Below, piece after piece: positions 27,518 to 40,564 of a DNA stretch of 64,000 nucleotides; position 1 is the stretch's first letter; every line of letters begins with the position of its first letter. This DNA comes from Octopus vulgaris. Its lineage: Eukaryota. A program made the translations under genes and the position numbers. The stretch spans positions 130,076,001 through 130,140,000 of the forward strand of contig OX597817.1 in NCBI GenBank assembly GCA_951406725.2, given 5' to 3'. The notes below the pieces were generated by a model, which worked only from the letters and a program-made list of their open reading frames with translations, was not told the DNA's origin and did not search any database.

Positions 27518-27640
27518 GTGTTCAGTCCCACTGTGTGGCACCTTTGTCAAGTGTCTTCTACTATAGATCTGGACGCACCAAAGCCTTGTAAGTTGATTTG
27601 GTGGATAGAATCTGAAAAACAAACACGTCATATATGGATA
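27518..27640 (+). mobile_element. SINE family A fragment
   Basis: ttcagtcccactgtgtggcacctttgtcaagtgtcttctactatag. Confidence 0.8.
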
Positions 27641-27688
27641 TACATACGTATATATATGTGTATGTGTGTGTGTGGCCATGCTGGCTAC

Positions 27689-27752
<64 letters not shown>

Positions 27753-27992
27753 GTTGTATTATATTATATTATATTATATTATATTATATTATATTATATT
27801 ATATTATATTAGAGGAAAAAAGCAAAACCAAGGCAGAGTGAGTAACTCAAGTCATTTAGAATAATTTAATTGGGGTAAGGTGAAAGAGAAAAAGCGAGAG
27901 AGGGGAAAGGAATAAAAATAAGATAGGAGTAAAAGGTTAAAAATAAGAATGAAAATAAAAAATAAAGTAAAAGTAAAGGTAATGATAGAGAT

Positions 27993-28244
27993 ATGTCAAG
28001 AGAAGTTGGGGGGCAAACACAGACATACAGACACACACGCACACACATACACACACACACACATGCATATACATATATACGACATGCTTCTTTCAGTTTC
28101 CGTCTACTAAATCCATTCACAAGGATTTGGTCGGCCCGAGGCTATAGTAGAAGACACTTGCCCAAGGTACCACACAGTGAGACTGAATCCGGAACCATGT
28201 GGTTGGTAAGCAAGCTACTTATCACACGACCACTCCTGCGCCTG
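27993..28244 (-). mobile_element. SINE family A, 3'-truncated
   Basis: cttctttcagtttccgtctactaaatcc..agaagacacttgcccaagg..cactcctgcgcct. Confidence 0.9.
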
Positions 28245-28289
28245 TATATATATATATATATATGTATGTATATATATATATATACATAC

Positions 28290-28346
28290 AGGAGCTTCCT
28301 GAAGATTTCTCTTGAATGAAACAGTTCTAGTCCTGTAGAAGCTCCT
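28290..28346 (+). ncRNA. Type I hammerhead ribozyme motif, isolated within a (TA)n tract
   Basis: Stem I aggagcttc/gaagctcct (9 bp), CTGAAGA 28299-28305, stem II ttc/gaa (U-U at the base), GAAA 28318-28321, stem III cag/ctg, GUA site at 28335-28337. Confidence 0.8.
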
Positions 28347-28354
28347 TCTATATA

Positions 28355-28401
<47 letters not shown>

Positions 28402-28555
28402 TACATACATGCATATACATATATATATATATAAATATATAAAATGAATAATAAAAGGGTAAAATTAATTAATTTAACTAATTAATTAATCAATCAATTA
28501 ATTAATAATTTTACCAAGTACATCGGTACGTTAAAATAACCTTTGTAGGTAAAAT

Positions 28556-28762
28556 TATACAAATATTCTATAATTATAAACATAATTTTAATTAGGAGTG
28601 AGCTAATTGCTTCACCACATACCGAATTTAGCAATAGGAGTTAAAGATTCCTTTTCTACTAGAAAAGGAATTTTTAACTCCTATTTCTAAATTCGGTATA
28701 TGGTGAAGCAATTAGCTGACCCCTAATTATAATTATGTTTATAATTATAGAATATTTGTATA
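28556..28762. repeat. 207-bp near-perfect palindrome (103-bp arms, 1-nt centre at 28659)
   Basis: ttccttttcta-c-tagaaaaggaa centre; arms extend to tatacaaatattc / gaatatttgtata. Confidence 0.95.
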
Positions 28763-29218
28763 CATACATACATACATACATACATACATACATACATACA
28801 TACATACATACATACATACATACATACATACATTTGGTTGGTTTCTGCTTCACTGACTCCTTTTAGCCAATATAGTCAATTTCTTCCTCCAGCATAGTAG
28901 TTTTGTGAAATGAACAGAAGTGTGATCAGCATCTTCTCATATATCAGGAAATTACATCTACATTATTATGGATAAATTCATCGTCTCTGAGTAGGAAATA
29001 TCTCCTCATACCTCCGGAAATTACACCTGCATTATTATGGATAGATTTACCTTTTCTGTGAAGCTAACAAACTTTTTTAAAAACCTTTTATAAAACTGTG
29101 CATCATTAGAGAACTTTTGGAGTCTGCTTACAATCTAACTTTGCTTTTTATATAACTCTCTTCGATACTTCATGAGTGTAGCCTCACCCCCTAGGATGTT
29201 TGGAAAACTCATATGTGT

Positions 29219-29307
29219 TTTGGCTGATGAATACGGGACACTTATATTTGCTGCAATATTTGCAGCTTTTAATAAAGCTGTTCTTCGTATGAAACAATTG
29301 TACTGAA
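29219..29307 (+). ncRNA. PLE-type hammerhead ribozyme motif with intact core
   Basis: tttgg-CTGATGA(29224-30)-atacggg..ttcgtat-GAAA(29291-94)-caattg-TA-ctgaa; palindromic stem III; ~30-nt tail then (TA)n. Confidence 0.75.
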
Positions 29308-29336
29308 CAACTAATCCATTCTTGTTGCTTTTTTCT

Positions 29337-29431
<95 letters not shown>

Positions 29432-29439
29432 CTGTGGAT

Positions 29440-29863
29440 GGATGTGTTATGCGTGTTGATTTTTGTTTGCATTTGGACCGATGGAAAAATTTACAGGGGC
29501 GATAGAATCTATGCCAGCATGTAGAAAAAGCTTCGTGTTCTTTGTTTAGTGATTGCGGCGTATTAATATTTGGAGGGCTTCTTTTAGGCATAGTCCACAA
29601 GTGTATCATTGGCTATGGTATGGGATCCAGGAATCCATGGCCCAGCATATTCTATATGATATTTTTCTATTTATTAGATGGCGTATGTGATTGGCTAGGG
29701 AGGTAGATTTGCTATGCTCTTCATACTTAAATGAGTTTATATGTGCAGAATATCTCATTTTAAAATTAATAGTAGATCCGATACAGTGGTTAGTTGAATT
29801 ATGCAATACGTGGTGGACCGTGCTTTTGTATACTACATTAAACCTTCTGCATTGGGCTTGCAA
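29440..29863 (-). pseudogene. Penelope-like GIY-YIG endonuclease C-terminal region (Naiad-like)
   Basis: [74 protein letters not shown]. Confidence 0.85.
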
Positions 29864-30189
29864 CTTTTAGAAATAAGAGAAAAGAAGCTAACACTAGTTT
29901 AAGTAGATTAATTTGGGAAATTAAAGACAAAAATAAGGACTATACGCTAAAGTGGGAAGTAATTAGCTGAGCAAAATCTTATAGCATTGGCAGAAAGAGG
30001 TGACTTATGCGTAGAGGAATTTTTCCAGATCATTACATTCAAGCACAAATTAATAAACAATAAAAGGGAAAGCAGATTTTGTTGTCCACTAATTGAAAGT
30101 CTTACTATCATCTGATGTATCAAAATAAATAGATTAACAATTCTATTAAATAAATGAGGGATAGAGAGCTTGTTATATTCCTAAGAAAA

Positions 30190-30269
<80 letters not shown>

Positions 30270-30960
30270 ATTTAATAAATTCTATTTAAATAAAAATTCC
30301 ATGAATGATAAAATTAAAATAAACATAGGAATAAAACTTAAAATGAAATGTACTCTCACCATTTGGAAAAAATCTAACTCCATGCATGTGATACATAATG
30401 AATCGTACCTTCATTAAAATGTATAAAAATTAGTTTAACTTAATATATATAATAGCCCAAACTATCAACATATAAATCTAATACATCTAAATATTAAAAT
30501 TGAAATTCTCTCAAATAAGTAGAAATTAAATAAATATATTAATTTGGATACTTACAAATATATGTATCTTATTTTTTGACAAGTGAATAGGTATACGAGT
30601 GGCAGCCAGCCTCTAAGAAAACAGATCTAAATTCGATTAAGGGTGAATAGTAATATCACCTAGTTCTTCAGGACTGCAGCTAGCCATTGTTCACTGTGGT
30701 CATAGTTTAACCTCCAGTTATTTTTAGAACGGAATCCAAAGACACACACATGATGCTATTCAGTCAGTAAGGAACTCCCCATCCTTTAGGCTGTAAATGA
30801 ATATATGTCAATTTTGCCCTGAAGAGATTTTTACCTTTTAAATTCATAATACAATTTTAATTGTAATGTATGAATGAAGGCGAGGAATTGAAACGTGCGT
30901 AGACGACATGAAATTAACTATTATATAAATAAATTCATTTTTTCTGTTTACACTCTCCAT
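29863..30960 (+). mobile_element. Second PLE: GIY-YIG C-terminal remnant plus probable 3' UTR with hammerhead
   Basis: TFRNKRKEANTSLSRLIWEIKDKNKDYTLKWEVIS*AKSY..DLCVEEFFQII..INNKRE; HHR motif at 30814-30906. Confidence 0.8.
30814..30906 (+). ncRNA. PLE-type hammerhead motif with long stem II
   Basis: ttgcc-CTGAAGA(30819-25)-gattttt..attcata.tacaatt/aattgta.tatgaat..aggaatt-GAAA(30890-93)-cgtgcg-TA-gacga; one stem I mismatch. Confidence 0.65.
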
Positions 30961-31478
30961 TTTCATTATATTACATGAATATTTATGTATGTGTGTGTAT
31001 GTGTGTGTACTACCTAGCAGTATGTCAACCAAAGCGCTTTCACTATCGACGACTACCTAATTTCATCAACAGTATGGATATAATGCCACTGAATCTACCT
31101 CAGGAATTCCTCAGTGCCTGTTGAGTATATAACAAATGGCATATCATTCAAAACCACGAAATTCGTATGCTATCATCTACAGGCATATATTAGAATAGAA
31201 TCAAGCGAAAGTAAGTGTATTAAGTGAGGTACCTTTTGAAAAGTCACATGACGAAACTCTCTGCACCCGAAGGAAGCACCACATCCATGTGTACAGTATC
31301 TCACCCACGGGGGACCGATGCAAGATGGGTCGACACAATTGTTGTGATTAATATATAATGTCGTGAATTCCATTTTCTCTTTCTCTCATTTGTGTATATA
31401 TGTCAGAGAGACAGTAACTGAAATACATATATCTGTGTGTGTATGGATATGAATATGCGTATTTGTATGTTTCTTGAA

Positions 31479-31795
31479 CAAGAGTCTTCTACTATAGCCT
31501 CGGGCCGCCCAGAGTCTTGTAAATGGATTTGGTGGACGGAAACTTAAAGATGCCCCTCGAATGTATCTATGTATATATGTGTGTGCATGTATGTATTTAT
31601 GTGTGCGTCTTTGTGTTTGCCAACCGATGTTGGGTTGTTTACATCCCCGTAAAAAAAAAAAAGACCGATGGAATAAGTACTAGGCTTACAAAGGAAACTC
31701 TTGGGGTCAATTTCTTCGACTAAAAAAGCCTTTGAAAGGAGGTGCCCCAGCGTGCCCGTAGTCAAATGACTGAAACAAATAAAACAATAAAACAA
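31479..31795 (+). mobile_element. SINE family A, 5'-truncated and diverged
   Basis: gtcttctactatagcctcgggc..gaataagtactaggcttacaaag..gtcaaatgactgaaaca. Confidence 0.85.
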
Positions 31796-31823
31796 AGTGT
31801 TTGTTGTGTGTGTGTAACAAAAC

Positions 31824-32108
31824 AGGAAATTGAAAATATTTTTTTATATTATCTATTCACCATTACACGTGTTTCATTTCCTAATAGTAATTACAAATTT
31901 TTACATGTTAGATAGATATGTAAGGAATTTCTTATTAGAAATTCTCTTAGAAATATATAATACAAAATTATTTTTCAGTTTTAACTGAAGAATTTCTAAT
32001 AGGAATTTTCTTACATGTCTATTTAACATGTAAAAGTTTATAATTCCTGTTAGCGAATGAAAGATGTCTAATGATAAATAAATAGTGCCAAAAAATTTCC
32101 AATTTCCT
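31824..32108. repeat. Diverged inverted repeat, ~120-bp arms
   Basis: ttttacatgttagatagatatgtaagg..tattagaaattct versus agaatttctaatag..cttacatgtctatttaacatgtaaaa; outer aggaaattg / caatttcct. Confidence 0.8.
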
Positions 32109-33041
32109 TTTTAGTTATACAATATCTCTGCAAATAAATTGTTCTTAATTCTCAAGTCCAATATGAATTTTGAACTAATATACATCAGCAACCGAGGCCA
32201 CCTATTCGATTGCTATAATAGAATAAGCAGTTGTGCTTCAAGAGGGAACAGCTGACTTTTACCCTAACTACCTATACAGTATATGTGGTGTGGGTATGTC
32301 TGTAGGTGATTTTCAATGTATATACATATATGCGTATTTATGTATATATGTAAATGCAGGTGTGTATATCCGTGTGCGTATGTATGTGTGTGTGTGCGTA
32401 TCTATGAGCGTGTGTGTGTATCTGTAACTGTATTCATGAAAAAATTGCTTTTCATAATTTTAAAAAATCGTTAAAAAAACATCCAATATTGTCAATATTA
32501 AATTATATAGTTGTTATCGCGAATTTTAATCTAGAATAGAAAGTTTGACGAAAACTTCGGTGTGGATATGCATGAACAGCCATGTTAAATATTGAGATTT
32601 TGATTTGGTATTCAAAGGTTTGCATTGTTAGTTTACAAAGAAAATATTTGAATGCGTTCTAAATTATTCTTTCAAACATTTATTTCATTTCTTAAAAGAA
32701 AATTGGGCGTTAACAATGTGATCCATGACTATATATATAAATATATGTATGAATCTATGTAAGTATATGTATATATGCATGTCTATATGTATATATATAC
32801 ACACACACATACATGCATACATACACGCGCTCGTGCGCACACACACTCTCACACGCATGTAATGAACAAAGGATACCACATACTTTGACTTCACGCATGC
32901 AATCGGAATGGAGCATAAATCTACTTAAAATATTAAATGCTACACATGCTTACCTGTCTGGCTGCTGTGTTTGAAGAAATTCTGTGGGAGAGAGACAGGT
33001 GCATACGCGTATCGTATACACACAAATGTATGTATGTATGC

Positions 33042-33118
<77 letters not shown>

Positions 33119-33148
33119 CATATATACACACACGTATATATATATATC

Positions 33149-33513
33149 AAACAAATGATAGAGACGGAAAATGGAATAAACGGAAAACTTTATTGCTCAC
33201 AACGATCGTTTCGACACAACCTCTATCTATCCCTCGAGGGCGGGGAAAGCTAAAATTATACCACTAGTTGTTGTGCATCATGCGTGCAGAAGCATCTCGT
33301 GGGCTGATGTAATAAGCTATATCGCGTTAAATGAACTCTGTTTCACTCAGGTTTAATACAGCATGTATGTTGTTAATGACGAGACGCTTTTGGACCGAGG
33401 AATGCACCAACATTTATTGTATCCTCTGAGGGATCGACATGGGATGTATTGGAACGATCTTCATGAGCAATAAGTTTTCTCCTATATTCCATTTTGCATC
33501 TCTATCATTTATT
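33149..33513. repeat. Diverged inverted repeat with ~90-bp arms (MITE or PLE fold-back); related single copy at 31305-31392
   Basis: aaatgatagagacggaaaatggaata..ttattgctca..gatcgtt versus aacgatc..tgagcaataa..tattccattttgcatctctatcattt. Confidence 0.8.
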
Positions 33514-33662
33514 TTATAGTCAACGTACTCTGAAGAATTCCTGGGGTTGATCCAACGACAGCCATATAATTACCGTGGATGACGTGAGATAGCCATAGGC
33601 AGTGAACGTTCTTTATCGGCGTACTACTAGGAACATACCCAACACTTATATATATGTGTATA

Positions 33663-33739
<77 letters not shown>

Positions 33740-33800
33740 GTATATATATATAAAAACGTATATATATATATATATATACACGTATATATATATAAATACG

Positions 33801-33904
<104 letters not shown>

Positions 33905-34838
33905 TACATATATATGTATTCACATATACATACACGCATACATTCATGTATATATGCATATACACACACACATACATGCATATATATATATATATATATA
34001 TATATACTTGGAAAAGGATGCGTATGTATATATAACTGCTCTACCCCTGCGTAACGGCATTCCAATGGCTGAAAGAAGTAAATAAGTAAGCGATTACGTT
34101 TATATATGTGTGTTATAAATATAAAATTATTATATATATATAAAATTTCTTCAAGTTATCTAAGTAATAGTAAACATATCTAGAAAAAAAAAAGCATCAT
34201 AAACATCCGCAACCAATTACCCTGAACACCCCTACCACAACCACCGCAGCCGCCACCACCGCCATTTACTTTCGTAGCTACTACCACCACCATTACTAAC
34301 AACAGCACTAACAACACCTTCGCCACTGTTATTTTCAACACCGACACCAACAAGCAGTTACCACCCATGGCCATCCATCCGCAAACAGTCATCCTTGCAT
34401 CCAATTACTCTCACCACTACCACCATCACCACCACCACCACCACCACCACCACCACCACCACCACCACCACTACCACAATCAACAACGTCTATCATAATT
34501 ACTGCTACCATTTCTTCTTTAAAAGGATTTTATTTTTAAAAAGGAACTTTCAATGTTTATTTATTTATGGCTGCCATCAATGTCAATAGAAACACCCTTA
34601 AAGTATGTTTTCTAAAGATTCTCTGCCCAACAGCATTTTGTAATGCGAGATAGAAACTCCTTCTTGGAAAAGTAAGGAAAACCATCAAAGAATAATGCGA
34701 GATGTAAGGGAAGAGCAGAGCAGATCCGACAAGAATTCCATTTGAAAAAACACTCACACACACAATTTACACATTCTCATATGTTTATATTTATAAACGC
34801 TTAAGTACGTTTGTGTGTATGTGTGTGTGTATGCGCGC

Positions 34839-34882
<44 letters not shown>

Positions 34883-35068
34883 TAATACCGAGAATCTTCC
34901 AAACCGAATGCAAAAATGAAATGTTTAGATACACACATACATACATACATACATACATACATACATACATACATACATACATACATACATACATACATAC
35001 ATACATACATGCATATACATATTCATATGTATGTTAATATACATATATGCATTTATGCATGTATATAT

Positions 35069-35115
<47 letters not shown>

Positions 35116-35766
35116 CGCACACACACAACACGTACGTACATTTGTAGATAGTTTTGTAAATACGTATGTATGTACGACTGTTTGTTTATCTATATATGTA
35201 TGAACGTAAGCATATTTTTATGTGCATATATGTATATATGTGTATGCATGTATATTTCGAAGTTTTAATTGGAAACACCAGTTTCATTCTTTTTTACTTT
35301 GGCAGGTATTTTTGATTATAATGTATTTGTAATTATATACATGAGTAAGTATATGTATATGAAAATTTGTTTTCAATATATGTGTTTGTGCGCGAATGTT
35401 TTTGTACGAATATGTCAGCAGATTTGTTCACGTGAACAAATTTGTATATCTGTCGACTATGTGTACATACGTGTGCAGTTCATGTATCTATGTTTATGTT
35501 TGCTTTTTGGGGCCTACGTGCGTAAATGGGCGTTTCTACGGGCGCACGTACATGAGTGTACATGTACGTGTGTTGAAGGTGTTTTATAAAGAAAGTGCAA
35601 CTGAATATGTATATATTAATCCTGCTAAAACTGGTATAAATCTTTAAACTCATTTTGGAACCATTCACTCTTGGATTCAGTCCCACTGCGAGGCACCATT
35701 TTTTTACTGTAGCCCTGGAGTCCATCCATGCCTTCTGAGTGAATGCGGCTAGCGGAAATTGTTAAA

Positions 35767-36299
<533 letters not shown>

Positions 36300-36512
36300 G
36301 GAGAATTCACAAAAAAAAACGAAGATAGGTGGTGTAGACGACAAATAGATGTATTAGTATAATGCTCTAGAAGGGAAAAAGTCTTTAACGATTCGAGCCT
36401 ACGCTCTTCCACAGAAAGGAACACAGAAAGAAACACAGAAAGAAACAAGGAAAGAAAATAAAGAATGTGTAGTGGTTAGCGATCAATCATGCCGAAGGCC
36501 GGACAGAAGGGT
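36300..36512 (-). mobile_element. Short PLE-tail repeat with degenerate minimal hammerhead, abutting (TA)n
   Basis: Minus strand cttt-CTGTGGA-a-gagc-gtag-gctc-GAAT-cg-TT-aaag; homologous to 14930-15121. Confidence 0.65.
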
Positions 36513-36669
36513 TACACAGTATTCAGAACACAAAATAACATGTAACAAAAACAATTTGCAAACATATTTACATTCTCATATAACAGTTAAGAACATCGCC
36601 ATTATTTTATTATGCATGTGCGGAAGTGTTTGTTCGACTAGTTGCTGCTGGCTTAATTACGCATGACTC

Positions 36670-36782
36670 AAGTTAGAGGAGTGCGTATTATACACAAGGT
36701 TTAGGTTTTTCAGAGGTACAGCCCCCTAAAAATCCCATGCGTATTATTCTCAAGAGCGGACTATACTCGAAGATTTACGGTA
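36670..36782. mobile_element. One end of a pogo/Tc2-like non-autonomous DNA element
   Basis: Subterminal gcgtatta repeats and terminus tatactcgaagatttacgg|ta. Confidence 0.5.
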
Positions 36783-37235
36783 AATGTGTATATCTGAGAA
36801 GTGAAACCAGGTTACACATTAGGGTTTGACATATCATTGTCTTTACTGGATTCCCCTAGAAAAGGAAATGTGATATTGTAAAGTCAATATTTTCTTAAAA
36901 ACTTTAATTAACGTACAAGAATTTACGTAAAGTAAATAACACCAACTACGTGATGAGTAAATGAAATGTATGGATGTTTTGAAGTGTAGAAGAAAAGCCA
37001 TTCTTAAGTAGGGATATATTAGGGGTTATATAATAATCAGGGGTTGTACAGACGTGGTAGAGTGTAGATAACTACACTGATGTGGAAGCCAAGGCTGGTA
37101 TAGTAAAGATGAAATAATAGCACGTCAAATGACGGAGGAAGAGGAGGAGGACGATAACGATGTTGAGGACGATGATAATGTCATGATTATCACGAAAACT
37201 GGCGATTATTGCGGTGATGGTGGTGGTGAGACAAT

Positions 37236-37270
<35 letters not shown>

Positions 37271-37787
37271 CGATGATGAGGATGATACTGACGAAGGGGA
37301 AGAAGAAGGAGAAGAGGAGGAAGAAGGGGAGGATAGCAATGATGACGAGAGATCCGATGATGATGGTCACTATCATCATGAGAATGATAACGATTATTGC
37401 AGTGTTGGTGTTGGTGAGACAATGATGATGGTGATGATGATGATGATGATGATGATGATAAGGAAGAGGAGGAGGAGGAGGAGGAGGAGAAAGAAGTGGA
37501 GGAGGATGGTGGTGGTGGTGGTGGTGGTGGTGGTGAGCAAACTAGTGAACCTTTATTGTTGTTAATGTGGATGCCGTTAAAGGTAAAGGGAGAAATTCAA
37601 GAAGGTGAAAAAGAAAGGGGAGAAAAACTATTTGTAATTCAATGCTGTTGTTAAAAGGGGCGAGAACGACGAAGATATGTAAGCAGATGATGAATCATTA
37701 GGAACACAAATTTCATGAAATATCAAAGGTATACTCAAAAACTGAAGTGGATGGACATGGAAATCTACAATGCAATATATGTAGATA

Positions 37788-37844
<57 letters not shown>

Positions 37845-37925
37845 GCATATGTTTGTATAAGTGCATGAGTATATATGTGTATGTGCATTTGTGTACGTAA
37901 CACAAGCACACACACACACATATAT

Positions 37926-38091
<166 letters not shown>

Positions 38092-38388
38092 CATATATGT
38101 ATTATATAAACTTAATGTGAGTGCATACAAGAGAATATATGTATATAAGTATGTATTTATGTATATATGTACGTTCGTATGTACATATGTATGCATGCAT
38201 GTATGCATGTATGTATGTATGTATCAACTTAATTAGCACACATTTGCTCCTTGGCATCTGAAATATTGCATAACGATACATTTTTTCAAGTAGGTTAAAA
38301 GCTCTATGATATTAGCCGAAGTATGTGTGTAAATTATGTATGCATATACAAATATACATACAAAAATATTTATATATGTATGTGTATC

Positions 38389-38444
<56 letters not shown>

Positions 38445-38482
38445 GATGTATATATATGTATGCGTGTCTGTATGTTTGTATG

Positions 38483-38645
38483 TGTAGTTGCGCAAGCGTG
38501 GTCGCCGCAATGTTTCAAACTCAGAGCGGAATTCGTGGTAATCCAAGAAGATTGAATCGGTGCAACAGATGAACTACAAGGAAATGCTAAAAACCGAGGC
38601 TCTACTTTCAAGGAAGAAGACGCGAAAAATATGCAGTGATATGTA
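38483..38645 (+). mobile_element. CR1-like LINE fragment (post-RT region)
   Basis: [44 protein letters not shown] resembles WSP..Y.ERLK.L.L.SLERRR. Confidence 0.6.
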
Positions 38646-39343
38646 CACATACGTACATACAAACATACATACATACATACATACATACATACATACATAC
38701 ATACATACATACATACATACATACATACATACACCAAAAGTTTGCGCGAACTGCTTCCTCTTATTTCCTCCTTCCTTCTACACTACATCTTCCTCGATTC
38801 TTCTGCAGACCGACATTTTTTTATTATATTTTTAACACACTACCTAAAATACCAATCTTGAAAAATCGGCCTTCTCAAAACCAGAAACCTGATTCAAAGA
38901 CTACAGATTCAAACCATCACTGAAGCTGTAAAAATTTGTAAAACTTTCCAGACGTTTATCATTTAAGTATAAATGAGCAGGTCTAGATATGCAACTATAC
39001 CCATGAAAATACATAAAATAAAACATGCAAATCTGCACATATTCATACATATACGCATACACACACATACAGACATACATACAGACATACCAGATTACAA
39101 GTTCGGGTTTATACCTGTAATTATTGATATGTAACACACTGTCTAAATACGAGTCTTGAAAAAGTTGGCTTCTCAAAACCAGAAAGGAGAAAGCTAATTC
39201 GAAAACTACAGATCCAATCCATCAATGGAACTGTAAAAATCTGTAAAACTTTCCACATGGTTATCATTTAAATATGTATGAGCATGTCAAGATATGCAAG
39301 TATATGCATGAGAATACATACACAAAGCATACAAATCTGCACA

Positions 39344-39376
<33 letters not shown>

Positions 39377-39377
<1 letters not shown>

Positions 39378-39526
39378 CAAAAATACCTTGTTGTTGATGT
39401 TGAAATTCCAATGAAGGAGCCTTGAATCTAGGTTAGAAACCGGTTCTTTCTCTATTGGCAAGAAATCTTGAACTAAACTGAATAATGACATACATACATA
39501 CATACATACATACATACATACATACA

Positions 39527-39558
<32 letters not shown>

Positions 39559-39686
39559 CATACAAACATACAAAAATACCCTCTTGATGTTGAAATTCCA
39601 ATGAAGAAACCTTGGATCTAGGTTAGAAACCGGCTCTTTCTCTATTGGCAAGAAATCTTGAAATAAAACTGAATAATGACATACAT
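39377..39686 (+). mobile_element. Two tandem copies of a retroelement 3' end with (CATA)n tail (39377-39490, 39570-39681)
   Basis: gatgttgaaattccaatgaag..tctaggttagaaaccgg.tctttctctattggcaagaaatcttgaa..aataatga(cata)n twice. Confidence 0.8.
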
Positions 39687-40319
39687 ATATCATCCCTCCG
39701 TTCTCCACCAAAAATTTACACAAACAACTTCCTCCTATTTCCTCCCTCCTCCTACACTATATATTCCCCGATTCTTCTGCAAACTGACATTTTATTTAAT
39801 TTTTTTTTTAATTTTGGGAACGGGGGCGTACTAAATTAACTTTCAACTTCCATCTATACAGTACTGAATTCCACACTTCCATACCTTCACATAAATCTAT
39901 TTCAGACACTAACCAACGAAATAGTTAATTGTCAATTCCTTTGCAAAACAGATCCTTGAAAAAAAACAAAAGAGAAAAAGACACATAGGATGATAATGTT
40001 GTGCTTGCAAAACAACTTATATTAATTTCACTAAATACATACAACGCTTAAAGGTGACGGTAAAAGAGCAAAAGAAACTGACGCGGATTCTCTGAAGTGG
40101 CAGTGAAAATTCATAAGCCATTTCAAAAATTGGTCATCTGAGATTCTTATGTAAAAAGATGTACACACTTGGGGGGGCATACATCGACAGATCAACCAAT
40201 TCACCAACTCAGCGTCATATTTACAAACACCGCCAATTCTCTGAACTCAAAATCTCTTGTCGCTTTAACAACCGCCTTGAACTCCCCAAAGAAAAACGTA
40301 AATTAAATTATTATATCTT

Positions 40320-40425
40320 TTATCTTTTAATCTTTTGCTTGTTTCAGTCATTAGACTGCGGCCATGCTAGAGCCCCGCTTTGAAGAAGTTTAAGTCGAAC
40401 GAATCGACCCCACTACTTATTTTTT
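40320..40425 (-). mobile_element. SINE family A 3' fragment
   Basis: cttgtttcagtcattagactgcggccatgct..aatcgacccc. Confidence 0.8.
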
Positions 40426-40502
40426 TTTCTATCTATTTATAGCTCCATCTATTTATCTTTGTATTTCTGTGTGCTTCTCTCTTTATTGACATACGCACAC
40501 GC

Positions 40503-40564
<62 letters not shown>

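Noticed and set aside
29580-30010. In-frame TGA codons in the PLE fragments as possible selenocysteine
   Set aside because: They are not at conserved Cys positions and fit CGA-to-TGA decay or a 2-nt deletion; no SECIS element was recognised
31183-31210. Possible 28-bp exon AYIRIESSE (ctacAG / GTAAGT) and a phase-compatible candidate near 32230-32278
   Set aside because: Too short, weak pyrimidine tracts, and expected by chance in 64 kb; cannot be supported without RNA data
31173-31373. Cys-rich 66-aa ORF on the minus strand
   Set aside because: Its 5' part is homologous to the inverted-repeat arm at 33149-33240, so it is repeat-derived
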